Below are positions 11,721 to 24,925 of a stretch of 64,000 nt of DNA, one piece after another. Source of the DNA: Octopus sinensis (lineage: Eukaryota); assembly GCF_006345805.1 (NCBI RefSeq), contig NC_042998.1, positions 78,740,001 through 78,804,000 on the forward strand, given 5' to 3'. The notes beneath the pieces are model-generated. The model was not told where the DNA came from and did not search any database. It was given only the letters and a program-made list of their open reading frames with translations. The stretch's first letter is position 1; each line of letters begins with the position of its first letter. The position numbers and the translations under genes are program-made.

Positions 11721-12655
11721 ATGTATAGCATGATGATACTTGAAGTAAATGGTAGAATGGTAGTTTAAACCCCCAGTTCATTTCATGCCAAGTAATAAGC
11801 TTCTGTTTACTGGGTCATTGGATTAGCTGCCCACCACACATACACCTTTTGTAAAATATCTTATGCATAAATGGCTGCTTATGTTTATAAGTGTGTGTGC
11901 ATGTGTGCGAGTGTTTATATTAATGCATACTCCATGAGAAAATTCTGTTAATGAGATATCTAATAATGCTAGTTATATCCCACCTTGATAAAACTGTACT
12001 CAATAGTGACAGATCATTAGACTATATAGTGAACCAAAACACACACATCTAACTATTTCAGGATAAATTCAACAGGTTCACTCACTGGTAACCCAAGAAT
12101 ACTTATACTTCAAAGTCATTGTTGTATCATTAGCGGTTACTGGTTAATGATATTCCAAAACATGCTATCACCTAACAGTTAAACTACCCTCGTCTATAAC
12201 ATGAATTTGAGCCTGTGAAACAGTCTCTACCTGATGCTTCAACCTACTAGAAATTACAGTCAAATTTCAGAAATTACACTGTACCATTAAAAAAAAAAAG
12301 ACTACATTAGATAATATTCGCTTAGATAGACTGTGACTACAGTCAAGATGTAGTGGTCATGACAGGTTTATTCAGTCTTAGGATTGATATGCGGCTAAAA
12401 TCTACACATACTATATAGATGCTGTGAGTCAACACAAGTTACTTAACTTATTAGAATTTGTGACCAAATCATATTGTACCACCTTCGAAAAAAATAAAAA
12501 ATGCAGAGAGACATTCATATTTAGTCTGAAACAAAACAGATGAGATAGTCTTAACTGAAATGCATTTTGACCATATATTAGCTCTTTCTGAGCTGACCTA
12601 GAGCTAAACAAATACTACTTATACTACATATGTCCCCCATAAAATGACTATACAA

Positions 12656-13185
12656 GGCATAGGCATGGCTGTGTGGTAAGGAGCTTCCTTCCAAACCACA
12701 TGGTACTGGGTTCAATCCTACTGCGTGGTAAGTGTCTTCTACTATAGCCTCAAGCTGACCAAAGCCTCGTGAAGGGATTTGATAGACAGAAACTGAAAGA
12801 AGCCCATTGTAGGTCATCATCATTTAATGTCCGCTTTCCATGCTGGCATGGGTCGGATGGTTTGATTGAGGACTGGTGAGCCAGAGGCTGCACCAGGCTC
12901 AATCTGAGCTGGAAAAGTTTCTACAGCTGGATGCCCTTCCTAATGCCAACCACTCTGAGAGTGTAGTGGGTGCTTTTATGTGACACCAGCATGAGGGCCA
13001 GTCAGGCGGTTCTGGGAACAACCACGCTCAAAAGGCGTTTTTTATGTGCTACCTGCATGGAAGCCAGTCTGGCAGCACTGGCAACAAATACACTCGAATG
13101 TTGTTTCCCACATGCCACTGGCACATGTGCCAGTAGGGCGACTCTGGCAATGATAACGCTTGAATGATGCTTTTCACGTGCCACT
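12656..13185. mobile_element. SINE 5' half (+, 12656-12810) abutting RTE 3' UTR/tail (-, 12815-13185)
   Basis: SINE A/B boxes; then a catcatcat tail, ttccatgctggcatggg and 3-4 units of the 66-bp repeat. Confidence 0.8.
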
Positions 13186-14784
13186 ACAAAACTTACTACT
13201 GAGTCTACATTTAAAGTGTGCTACACTCTTTTTCTAAATTTTGTGATTAAAATTCCTAAATATTTTGCTTTTACTGAATCAAATGTATGCTGACTCTTTT
13301 TTTCAGCTAATTGTCAAATGTCATTGATTATTTTTCTATAGAGCACAGCTTTTGTCAAAACAAATTCTTTCTGTTTAACTATGCAATTGCTTGTATGGAG
13401 GATTTTTGTAATTTTTCCAGCGTTTTTCCCCCACTCCATTTATAGTAGCATACAGCATGTTTAAAAATATGAGTATCATGCAGTACTTAAGGGATGCTTT
13501 GCAAGCTCTTCCAACACTGATAGCAACTACTATGTGAGCACATCAGTTTGTAAATTACATTAGTTACTTCTGAGTGATTTCTTCCTTTTTTCCTTTTGCT
13601 GTTAGTACAATAGGTCACCTAGTGTTGAACTTTTGTTATATAAAACTGAGTTTAATTTGGCCTTAGAATGTGTGCTGTATACATTTCATTTAATTATCCT
13701 CCACCCAGTAGAATAATAAGGAGAAACGTTATCCTCCCCAGAACTCTTTCATCAATTTTATAGCTCATGTTCATTTGATTTCTGTCTGTTATCTTGTTTG
13801 TTTCTGTTAGGAATAGATAAGTAGTTGCTATTTATTTTCTGGTTGATTCATTAATACTTGTGTCTACTAGTTCATGTATTCCTTATTGAATAAGTTTTTT
13901 TTTCTTTGTTATGTGGGTATCTTCCATTTGATAGACTTAAGGGAGCAATACTGAAAGATATTTGGTAGGATTTTTCGAACATATATATTTATCTTGACAA
14001 TCACTTAATGCTTTCAAGTATAAAGGTTTCATTGTTTATTGACATAAACATAAAATTATAATTTTAGTGCATTCTGCCTTTATTTTGCTAAATATTTAAG
14101 AATTGTTGTTTACAAATATTTATTTTATTAAATAAACAGAAATATATTTTTAGAAATAAATCTGCAACATCTATTTTCTTCATTTTCCTTGGTGCCAAAT
14201 GTTATGTCTTCTAATTTAAAATTTAGAACTGGCATCAAGGATTAAAGTAAGGACAAACTGTTTTTTGTGTTATATAGTTTGAAGGAAAGTTAACAGGAGC
14301 ACTTATTCTTTTAGTGTTTTGGTCATTTGACTGCGGCCATGCTGAAGTACCCCACCTTGAACAATTCAACCCCAGGACTTATTTTTTAAGCTTAGTACTT
14401 ATCCTATCAGTCTCTTTTGCTGAACTGCTAAGTTATGGGGATGTAAACACACCAACACACCAACACTGCTTGTCAAGCGGTGATGGGGACAGGGTGGACA
14501 AACACAGACACAAAGACACACACATCTGTGATTTTATTTTTGATCTTCTATGTTAATGAAGATATTTCTTTGAATCTGGTTGCTTTTCTTTCAACAAAAC
14601 GAGAAGTTACATTGCAGAACTGTTATTTTAATGAGTGGTGTCTATTTATCACCTGATGTGATACATCTGCACCACTGGATGCTCCTGAACCAGCTGTTGA
14701 GTATCTCACCCATGAGGAACTAATGCTAGATGCGACAAAACAATTGTCGTGATTAATAAATTCTCATAGATACCATCTTTCGTC

Positions 14785-15650
14785 TGTTTTTGTATGTGGC
14801 ATATGCTCAGGTGCTATAAACAATGAAAATGTGCAGAGAACAGCTTTCTGTCACATTCCAGGGAGAAAAACTACAAGTAGTTGATAGCTTCCATACCCTA
14901 GGGGACCAAGTCAGTAGTGGGGGTGGATGCTCTGAAAGTGTAGTTTTCATAAACTTGCAAGAAAGGAAGCTAGTATTCTCCACTGGATGTGTAATGTCAG
15001 TGTGTAAGGGCCCTGACATGACAGAGTGTAAGTGTCCTGAGAGAAAAGTTGGACAGAAGAAGCATCAGATGTAGAGTGCAAGAGAGATGACTGCACTGGT
15101 ATGGTTATGTGTTGCATATAGATGAGGACAGTTGTGTAAAAATGTGTCATACCCTAACAGTGGAGAGAACCTGTGGAAAAGGTAGAACAGGATGACATGT
15201 AATGAAGTGGTGAAGTATGACCTTTGAATGTTAGGCCTCATGGAAGTGATGACAAGTAACTGAGACTTTTGAAGATATGCTCTGCTTGAGAAGACCTGGC
15301 AAGCCAAGTGAGACCATAACCATGGCCTATGCCAGTGCAGCATAACTGGCCCATTTGAGAGTATCCTTCAATCATTGGGCAATAAAATGTGCTTGCAAAG
15401 ATCTGTTGAGTCAAGTGAAGTCATTGTTGTGGCCGATACCAGTACTGCCTGTTTGGCACCCATGCCGGTGGCATGTAAAAAGCACTATTTGAGTGTGGTC
15501 GATGCAAGTACCACCTGACTGGTCTCATGCCAGTGGCATGTAAAAAACACCATTCGAGCATGGTCATTGCTGGTGCTGCCTGGATGGTTCCCATGCCGGT
15601 GGCACCTAAAAAGTACCATTCAAGTACCTCAGTTTTGGCATAGTTTCTAG
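14785..15650 (+). mobile_element. RTE LINE fragment (end of RT, C-terminus, start of 3' UTR array)
   Basis: FVCGICSGAIN..FQGEKLQVVDSF..LGDQV; 15290-15430 nearly identical to 50190-50340. Confidence 0.9.
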
Positions 15651-15782
15651 GGCTTGAATATACATATGTATGTATGTATGTCTGGATGCATGTATAAGGC
15701 ACATGGTTCAATTTTTGCATAGTTTCTAGGGCTGGATTCTAAATATGTATGTATGTATGTTTGTAAGTATGCATGTATGTAT

Positions 15783-16086
15783 AAGGCACATGGTTCAGCG
15801 GTTAGAGCATTGCACTCACAATTGTGAGGTAGTGAGTTCAATTCCTGGACCAGGCTGTATGTTGTGTTTTTGAGAAAAGCACTTTATTTCACCTTACTTC
15901 AGTTCAGTCAACTGCAGAAATGAGTTGTGACATCACTGCTGCCTAACTGTATCAGCCTTTGCCTTTTCCTTGGAAAGTGGTGTGAAGAGGGAAGGTTAGT
16001 ATGCATGGGCAACTGCTGGTCTTCCATAAACAACCTTGCCCAGACTTGTGTTTGGAGAGGAACTTTCTAGGTGCATTCCTATGGAA
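15783..16086 (+). mobile_element. tRNA-derived SINE
   Basis: Head ggcacatggttcagcggttagag..gagttcaattcc (A/B boxes); colinear with 20333-20670. Confidence 0.8.
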
Positions 16087-16616
16087 TATGTATGTTTTTC
16101 TTTGAAATATATTTGAGTTGTTAATGGAATTTAAGCTGGTTGCTAACGAAATGAGAAAACGTTTTGAGTGATGAGAGGTTTGTAAATATGTGGTTGAGTT
16201 TGTGTGCGCATATGTGTGTGTATATGCTCCTACATTTATGTTCTGTGTGATCATGTCTGTTAAGGGTTTAGGTGTGTGTGTGTGCATGTGCATGCATGAG
16301 TGTGTGCATGTGCATGCATGAGTGTGTGTGTGTGTGCATGTGCATGCATGAGTGTGTGTGTAATGCATATATCCATTTAAAGAACCTCTGATGGAGAATC
16401 TTTGGAATGTCTTACATATTTTCATTGTGCTGCTAATAGATTGCTGTCATCATCATCATTTAGCGTCCTTTTTCCATGCTAGCATGGGTTGGACAGTTCA
16501 ACTGGGGTCTGGGAAGCCAGAAGGCTGCACCAGGCCCAGTCTGATCTGGCAATGTTTCTATGGCTTCCTAACGCCCTTCCTAAAGCCAACCACTCCATGA
16601 GTGTAGTGAATATATG

Positions 16617-16649
<33 letters not shown>

Positions 16650-19600
16650 GTATGTGTGTATGTATATATGTATGTATGCATCATTGGTATCATTTTTGCA
16701 TCCATTTTCCCATGGTTTCATGGGTCAGTTGAAATTCTTTGTGACAAATTTTCTGTGGCCTGATGCCCTTCCTGTCACCAACCCACACCAGTTTTCAAGT
16801 AAGGTAATATGTCCTCATGGCCAGACATCTTTAAACAGAAGAGTTGAAACAAATGATACTGCTGGGTGACAGTGACGCTTGCTTACAATCATCATGTGAT
16901 CTCAAGATAAGGCAACACTCACTCACACATGGACGCATGCACACATGCGTAAATGCACACGCTCACAAACACACACACGCACACAAAATCCATTTTGAGC
17001 CTAATTTATTCAATGTTAGGACCACCCTCCCTCATTGCTCTGAATGTGTTCCTTTTTGTTCCTTAAAGGAAAATAACATTGTTAAAATACAAATACGGAT
17101 ACCCTGGATAACTAATGGAAGTCTCAGTTTCTAATAATATATATATGTGTTTAATTATATATACACACAGGAATTTATTTCAGTCTCTTATCATTGCATC
17201 TCACATAAATTCTTAACTGCTTTTTCCTGTTTTGTCAATAGCATACGAGCAAGTGACATCAATTCCTTTTCACTCTTTTTTTACCATCTGTAACCATGGC
17301 ATTAGTATATGTTAGTGTGCATTTGTTATTGTCATTGAGTGAGTGTATATGTGTTTACTTGTTATGTTGTACGAGTTTCAGTAAATGTCTTTATTTTCTT
17401 TATTCTCATTATCATTATTTTTGTGAACAGCATTATTTTTATAGTTATCATCATAATAAACAAGTATCATGAGTCAATATTAATATTTCACATTGTTTGA
17501 AACTGCAAACCTGGTTTTAATTCTCACCATGACCTATCAATATCCCTAAGGTTATATAATTGCTCACATCTGTAAAATTTCAGGCTAACTTTTTTTTTTT
17601 TAATGTTTTGGGGGGCGAAAAAAAAATTTTCCTTATATGGTATTTTCATCACCAAAACATTAAAACAAAGAAACAAAAAAGAGATTTGGAAAACATATTG
17701 TGTGTGCGTGTGTGTGTATCATGCATGTATGTATGAATTATGTGTGGCTATACATGCTCATATACATACTATATACACACACACATGCACACACATACAT
17801 ATATTCATCATTATTTTAATGTCCACTTTCCCATGTTTGCATGGGTCAAGAAAAATTCATTGAGCAAAACTGAATTTTTTACACTTGAATGCTATTGCTG
17901 TCACCAACACATCTTCTGCTTCCAAGTGCATGGTCATACTTCCCCTGGTTTATTGAATGACCTGCTTTCATGAAGGGGCATAAACAAGTGTTCATGTAAA
18001 TGGGGACTTTGGTTTACCATCAGTGTACATGTCAAGACAATGAGAATTTGCGCTCAATTATGCACATACACACACAGACAAATTCATGCACATATGTATA
18101 CACATACACACATATACAGAGAACTTCTTTCATTTTCCATTTACCAAAATTCATACACTAGGTTTTAGTCAGTTTGCTGCTGTAGAGGAAGACACTAGCT
18201 AGCTGTGTCCATGCAATGGGAATGAACTAGAAGCCACATGTTTTCAGGTTCAAGCACACTGTATGGTACTTTGTGTAAGTCTTTTACTATAATTCCAGGT
18301 TGACTAAAGCCTTGTGAATAGATTTAGTGGATGGAAACTGAAAGAAACCCATGGTATATCACCCACAAATTAAAAAAAAAAAATAATCCTCTAATGTGAT
18401 GTTGTGCACCTGTTCTCACTGTTTGATATCAGTATATCTATGTGCATGTGTATGTGTATACATATATCATCATCATCGTCATTTAACATCTGCTTTCCAT
18501 GCTGGCATGGTTTGGATGGTTTGATTGAGAACTGGCAAGCTAGGAGGCTGCACCAGGTTCCAATCTGATTTAGCAAGGTTTCCTAATGCCAACCACTCTG
18601 AGGGTGTAGTGGGTGTTCTTTACATGCCACCAGTACAGATACCAGTCAGGCACCACTGTCATCGGCCACACTTGAATGGTGCTTTTTATGTACTACCAGC
18701 ACGGATGCTAGGCAAGCAACACTGGCATTGGCCTCACTTGAATGGTGCTTTTTATGCGCACCAACATGAGTGCCAGTCAGGCAACACTGGCATTAGCCAT
18801 GCTCAAATGGTGCTTTTTTACATGCTGACAGCACATCTATTTGTATACATGCAAGCTTCTTTTCAGGTGCATAATGTTTCTTTCCCCCATCCCAGGGTCA
18901 AATAGGCTTAACTTGCATACACTTCACCATCATTATATATGCTTCATAATCCTTACATTCAACGGGATATAGACTCCTACTTTGGGAATTATTACGTTGC
19001 TTGATGGTTAGTAAAGGTTGATGACAGAAAGGACACCCAGCCATAGAAATTCTGTTTCAGCAAATTCCATCCAACTCATGCAAGCATAGAAAAGTAAACA
19101 CTGAAAAGAAAAAAACCATTATGATGATAAAAATGATAGTGATATCTGTATACACTATCATCATCATCATACCTTTTTCAACCCAATTCATATTAGGTCA
19201 TCACACTTCAAGCTATCAGTCTCATAGACTAGTTCTCATATGTTTCATTTTGGCTCCTACTTTTGGGCACCCTTCCTATTGGCAACCATTTTACATTGTG
19301 TATTGGGTGCATTTTCTTGTGATACCAGCAGATATGAGTCTGTGGCAAGATAAGGGACTTCACAACCTTATACTTTCACTGCTCATTTGAAAAAAAAACA
19401 GAATGAGTAGGTGAAGGTGAAGGGACCAGAAGTATTATAGGAGAGTCTGTGATTGGAGTGAAAAGAGAAAGAGTGAGGAACATGTATTAGTACAGGTCAA
19501 TAAAGGTAAGAATAAATGATCGTGATCCAAGGGAAAGTGAGTAATGACTGTCAGTGGAGAAAGGGATGAAGGTAGAATATAATGGGTACAAACAGGTCTG

Positions 19601-20332
19601 AGCCAGTTTGAGCTCACCCATTTGTAATAGGTAAGCATGATAGAGTGATGGAGTGATGCAAGTAGTTTCCATACCACCTATCTTTGAATGGCAGTGAGTT
19701 GGATAATAGGGAGATGTGAGGGTGACAAAGATGCTGAGAAGACAACAAATTTAGGTTTGACTGGATATGTGCGTTCTTGATATTATGTTTGTTTACATCT
19801 GTCGCTTGTTTATTTGAAAATCACAGTGCCCATGCAATGTTCTGCTGGCATTTTTCCTGTCTATAAATCCCCAAATCACTTTGTACCTTCAGAGCTGCAT
19901 GGAGTATGAGATCATTTACTTTGAAAAACAAAGAAGGGTTAGTGTCAAGAAGAGCATCCAAATGTAAGTCAATGCATCAAAAATATAGTTGTCTAACCCA
20001 TGCTCACATGGAAAACCAGACATAAAATAAACGAATATATATAAACAAACATAAAACCTTTTTAAAGATACCATTTACCTTATTTCAATGCTCGCTGTTA
20101 CTATCATTCTTTTCTGATCTCTTACCATACTTAAAGTCTTGCAACCTCTTTTAATATTTTATACAGGTATTAACTACTTACTCAAATTTTAATCGTCTGT
20201 TTATTATCTCATTCTTAACTATCTTTATGATTCCCACTTCAATTTTTCACTTTCTTGAATAATCACTTACTGATTTAGTATGCTGAAATAATTTTATATT
20301 ATGTTACTGTATTATATTTCAACTATAATGAA

Positions 20333-20670
20333 GGTGCATAGCTCAGTGGTTAGAACGTCGGGCTCACAATCATGAGGTTGTGAGTTTAATTCCCAGACTG
20401 GCTGTGTGCTCTGTTCTTGAGCAATACACTTTATTTCATATTGCTCCAGTTCACTCAGCTGTAGAAATGAGTTGAAACATCACTGGTGCCAGGCTGTGTT
20501 GGCTTTTGCCTTACTCTCAGATAACATCAGTGGTGTAGAGAAGAGAAGCTAGTATGCATGAGTGTCTGTTGGTTTTCCATAAACAACCTTGCCTGGACTT
20601 GTACCTCAGAGGGTAAATTTCTAGATGCAATTCCATGGTCATTCATGACCAAAGGGGATCTTTACCCTTT
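20333..20670 (+). mobile_element. tRNA-derived SINE, near full length
   Basis: tagctcagtggttaga (A box), gagtttaattcc (B-like), central ttgagcaa.acactttatttca..ttgctccagttcactcagctg, tail ctttacccttt. Confidence 0.85.
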
Positions 20671-20989
20671 ATATTTTAACTGTGATTTCACTTGGTATTC
20701 TACTTGATTTCATGAGATGCTAATCAGCCCCTTTAATCGTATGTCCTTCTATCTTTCTATTCTTCATAGTCCTCTACTTGTGTATTATTTCTATTTCCTT
20801 CTCTCTTGCTCATTCTCTACCTCATTCTTCTTTCTTTCCTCTCGTCTGTGTTTCTTTGCTGTTACTCTAGACATACCCATTCTCCATGATTGATGCTTCT
20901 TTGTGAATATATCTGTGTTTGCTGCGACTCAGATTTGAACACCTTCCTCTCTGCTTAGACAGGCTACTACATTATCATCCTTTGATCGT

Positions 20990-21338
20990 TGCCAGAGCAG
21001 TCAACTAGCTTCTGTGCCAGTGGCACGTAAAAGGGCACCATTCGAGCGTGATCGTTACCAAAGTCGCCTTACTGGCACCTGTGCTGGTGGCATTTATAAA
21101 AGGATTCAAGCAAGGTCGTTGCCAGTGCCTGACTGGCCCCCACACCGGTGGCACATAAAAAGTACCCACTAACTACACTCTCAGAGTGGTTGGCGTTAGG
21201 TAGGGAATCCAGCTGTAGAAACTCTGCCAAATCAAGACTGGAACCTGGTGCAGCCATCTGGTTCACCAGCCCTCAGTCAAAATCGTCCAGCCCATGCTAG
21301 CATGGAAAGCGGACGTTGAACGATGATGATGATGATGA
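20990..21338 (+). mobile_element. RTE LINE 3' UTR fragment with 66-bp array and (GAT)n tail
   Basis: About 3 units, then cactacactctc..gtggttggcgttagg..cccatgctagcatggaaagcggacgtt and (gat)n. Confidence 0.85.
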
Positions 21339-21689
21339 CTTGCCTTTGCATCACAACTGATATTACCTAATTGCTTAATGTGCCTTTCCGTTCTATTCAT
21401 TTCTTTACATTGTGCCTTTCTGCAGGCATGTCAGCGTGGTTATTTCTTGCTACAACATTATAAGCCCTTCCCACTGATTGCTATTATGACTGTATTATCC
21501 ATTTGAAAGTCATGTTAAACTGACAAGATTGGGTTTCATTTAATACTGCATGAACTTGAATCTGTTACTAAAACACTTATAACTGGATAATAAATATGAT
21601 GCATTTATCTTCACTTCTTTATTTGTTATATTTTATATTCTGTGTTTGATCAACATTTCCTGGATTTTCCGTGTGTGTGTGTGTATCTA

Positions 21690-21886
21690 TGATTGATTGA
21701 TTGATTGATTGATTGATTCTAGTTTCAGCTTATGAGCTGTGGCCATGCTGGGGCACCGCCATTTGGTGTTGCTACTTGGTTTCACTTCATGGAGGCTTTC
21801 TAGCAACTGCTATTTGGTGCATGAGAGAGTTCGATGCAGCTGCCCTCATCTGCCCCTCCTGCCGTGAAGTTGGTTCATCTGGGACA
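21690..21886 (-). mobile_element. LINE (CR1/L2 group) extreme 3' end with (AATC)n tail
   Basis: Minus strand encodes VPDEPTSRQEGQMRAAASNSLMHQ, then ggcggtgccccagcatggccacagc..gctgaaac and (aatc)n. Confidence 0.65.
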
Positions 21887-22004
21887 TTTATCTTGGGGTT
21901 GAAAATACACTTGGGTCTTAAAACAAATTTTAGTTTTAAAATCTTTCTAATTTATTAAAATACCATTATGGTGTCAACTTTTTTTTTTTTTAGATTTTCA
22001 ATGG

Positions 22005-22290
22005 TAAATAGAAATATGATGAAAATTTAGAAGAAAGAGAATGTGCAAAAAAATATTCATAGCAATAAAACATGCTAAAATATTAAATGTTCAATAGGGT
22101 TTCATAGTAAAATAACATGATGAAAATTCGAGTGTTCAGTAAGTTTCACCGCTGTAAGAAATGATGAAAATTCATATGGTAGAAAAAGTTCATTGCTGTA
22201 ATACATGACAAAAATTTCAGAGTTCAGTTAGTTTCATAGCAATAAATTATGTTTGCAATTAGATGTGATGAAAATTTTGACGTATAGGAA
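22005..22290. repeat. Degenerate tandem repeat, unit roughly 40-45 bp
   Basis: Recurrent ttcatagc..aa..atgatgaaaatt....gttcagt.agt, about 6 units. Confidence 0.6.
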
Positions 22291-22429
22291 AAAAGTTTTT
22301 TACAAGCTCTGCCATATGGCTTGAGGCAGAATTGTTTGTCATTTGCTTTACTTGTCTGATTGCAGAACTTGAATTACTTTTCCATTACAAAAACAGTGCA
22401 CTGTCTCTATTTTTGTGACAACACCTATT

Positions 22430-23360
22430 ATGAAAAGGTGAACAGTTTAAAATAATGAAGAAACTCACTACTTTCATCCAACAGTCTCAAAAGGACTTAA
22501 GGAAAAAGAGGCTGTTTAGTGAGGTTGAAATACAAAACCAGAAATTTTTACAGACTTCTACAAATCTACAAGAGCAAAACAAATGAAGTGTGCAGAGGAT
22601 TAACTTCAAGTCAAAGAGCTCAAATTAAGACTGATTGTAGCAGGCCCATCCTGCGAAATGCATAAACTAAGTAATTTTATTGATGTACACCGAAAACCCA
22701 TTCTTAAAAATATACCGAGCTTTACAATAGATTACTTAGACTTTCTAAACCATCTCCCAAATAAAACTAATGCAGTCACTCTATTTGTTACATTTGATAT
22801 AGTAAATCTCTATATCATGATTCCACCTGAATACAGAACAGAAGCTAATCTATTAATTACAAAATTAAATGACATAGTAAAATATTACCCCTTTTGGACA
22901 TCTAAATCATAAAAAGAGATACAAACATTGAAACTGACATCAACTTCAAAATTATTTACTCAAAACAATATCAGTTATATCATTATTTTTCCCTGCTATC
23001 CAAAACACATGAAACTAAATATACCTTTTAATCTTGCAAGAAGAATCTGCACAATTGTATCCAACTTCGAAACTCGGGAGAAATAACTTCAAGACCTTAA
23101 AAGCATATTAGTTGAAGAGCAAGAACCAGTAACTATAAGCATTAACAGAAAAGAATGTGCAAAAATGATACTCATATGTAGCAAGAAACACTCCTGATAC
23201 ACTTAGTAGTTGTATATCAGCACACAATCCAAGAAATACAGAGGCATACAACATCCATCAGAATATTCCTTTGTTGATGAATGACCCATGAATGAAAAAG
23301 GCACTTTGAACACATAAAAATAATAAAAAAACAAGTCTTTGAAAAAATTATTTACCAGCA
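22430..23360 (+). mobile_element. Penelope-like element (PLE) reverse transcriptase remnant
   Basis: KLRLIVAGPSCEMHKLSNFID..KPILKNIPSF..DYLDFL..FVTFDIVNLY..IP and downstream NIPFNLARRICTIVSN are PLE RT/thumb motifs; stops, frameshifts, internal deletion. Confidence 0.85.
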
Positions 23361-24068
23361 GTTTTCCTCTGCCTTTATATCCTTAATTGCCTCCTTGCTC
23401 CATTTATCAAATTGCTCTCAACTTAAAAGACATGCACGCATGCTTGCGCACACACACACAATTCAATGAGTAGGTAGTTAGGTTTACTGAACAGTTGGAA
23501 TACACATCGTTACAACCAACAGAGGATCCATTTACTTTTGAATTCCATATATTTTTAGCATACAGCAGCAAGTTGTTCCTACTTTATGAAACAGCTCATT
23601 CAATTTTGAAATTTCAAAGCAAAAGGAACAAGAACATCAGAGAAAAATATCTTGTGTTAAAATTTTCCTTGCTAGCTAAAACTGTTTCATGTCAGTCAAA
23701 TATCATTTCTTCTTTCCCATTTAATAATTATGTAAAAATGTAAAAAAGTTGTGCTACAATAAGTTTTTGATATTGTTGTATGTATATGGCTGTGTCACTG
23801 AGTCTGAAAGATCAATCCAGAAAAGTCAATGGTCCATATCCTCTGACTGGTTGGTGCTGCTCTCTGTTCATAGACCAAATATCTTTGAACGATATATAGT
23901 GAATTTCCGAGAGATGATGTTATGGGCATAGAGTAAGGCAGGAGACAGATAATAAGTGTACAAAAGGGAAGAGAATGAAGAAAAGAAATGGGTGTTGGGT
24001 AACTGGATAAAGTTGGTATACACTGTAACTTTAGATGAAGAAAGGATTTTGTAGTACTTAGATAGGCA

Positions 24069-24154
24069 ATGGCAGCTGCAGCTACTACGGAAAGTTATGG
24101 CTTAACAATGAGTAAGCATTGTGGGTTGTCACCATGGAAACTTTGCCAATCAAG
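24069..24154 (+). CDS. Candidate alternative first exon (METLPIK from 24134, phase 0; or MAAAATTES..CQS from 24069, phase 2)
   Basis: Donor AAG|GTAAAT at 24155; accATGg context; overlapping X-box GTCACCATGGAAAC and CCAAT boxes in unique sequence. Confidence 0.3.
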
Positions 24155-24304
24155 GTAAATGGCCTTCTAATTGGATATGGTTGAATGATGTGGCTGCAGA
24201 AACAATAAGGTAGCTTTTGGGCTTTGTTTTTGTTTTGATGTAGTTAAATGTATTTCTTTGGTGCAGTTATTTATTTGACAGTGAGTTGACTAGAATAGTG
24301 GATG

Positions 24305-24925
24305 TCATTATCATCATCATCGTTTAATGTCTGTTTTCCATGCTGGCATGGGTTGGACGGTTTGACTGAGGACTGGCAAGTCAGTAGGCTGCACCAGGCT
24401 CCAATCTGACCTGGCAAGGTTTCTACAGCTGGATGCCCTTCCTAATGCCAGCCACTCTGAGAGTTAGTGGATGCTTTTTAAATGCCACCAGCATGGGAGC
24501 CAGACAAGCGGCACTGGCATTGACCATGTTCAGATGTTGCTTTTTATGTGCCACCAGCACAAGAAGCTAATCAGGTGGCACTGGCATCAACCCACGCATA
24601 GATGGTGCCTCTTACATGCCACCAGCACAGGTGCCAGTCAGGCGGCACTGGCATTGGCCACAGCAACAATTTCCATTTTGATTTCAATTTCGATCTCAAT
24701 TTGATTTTGATTTTACTTGACTCAATAGGTTTTCTCAAGTGCAGCATATTGCCCGATGATTCAAGGGGGTACTTTTAAATGGGCTGGTTATGTGACACTG
24801 GTATAGGCTATAACTGCGGTCTCACTTTCCTTGCCATGCCCTTTGGGCTGGTTATGTGACACTGGTATAGGCTACAGCTATAATCTCACTTTACTTGCCA
24901 GATCTTCTCAATCACAGCATATTAA
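24305..24925 (-). mobile_element. RTE LINE 3' UTR fragment
   Basis: (CAT)n tail, 3 array units, start of 3' UTR with a local ~63-bp duplication (24780-24900). Confidence 0.85.

Noticed and set aside
20333-20405. tRNA gene
   Set aside because: A/B boxes belong to a SINE head followed by a multi-copy body; no complete cloverleaf. The same holds for the other SINE heads
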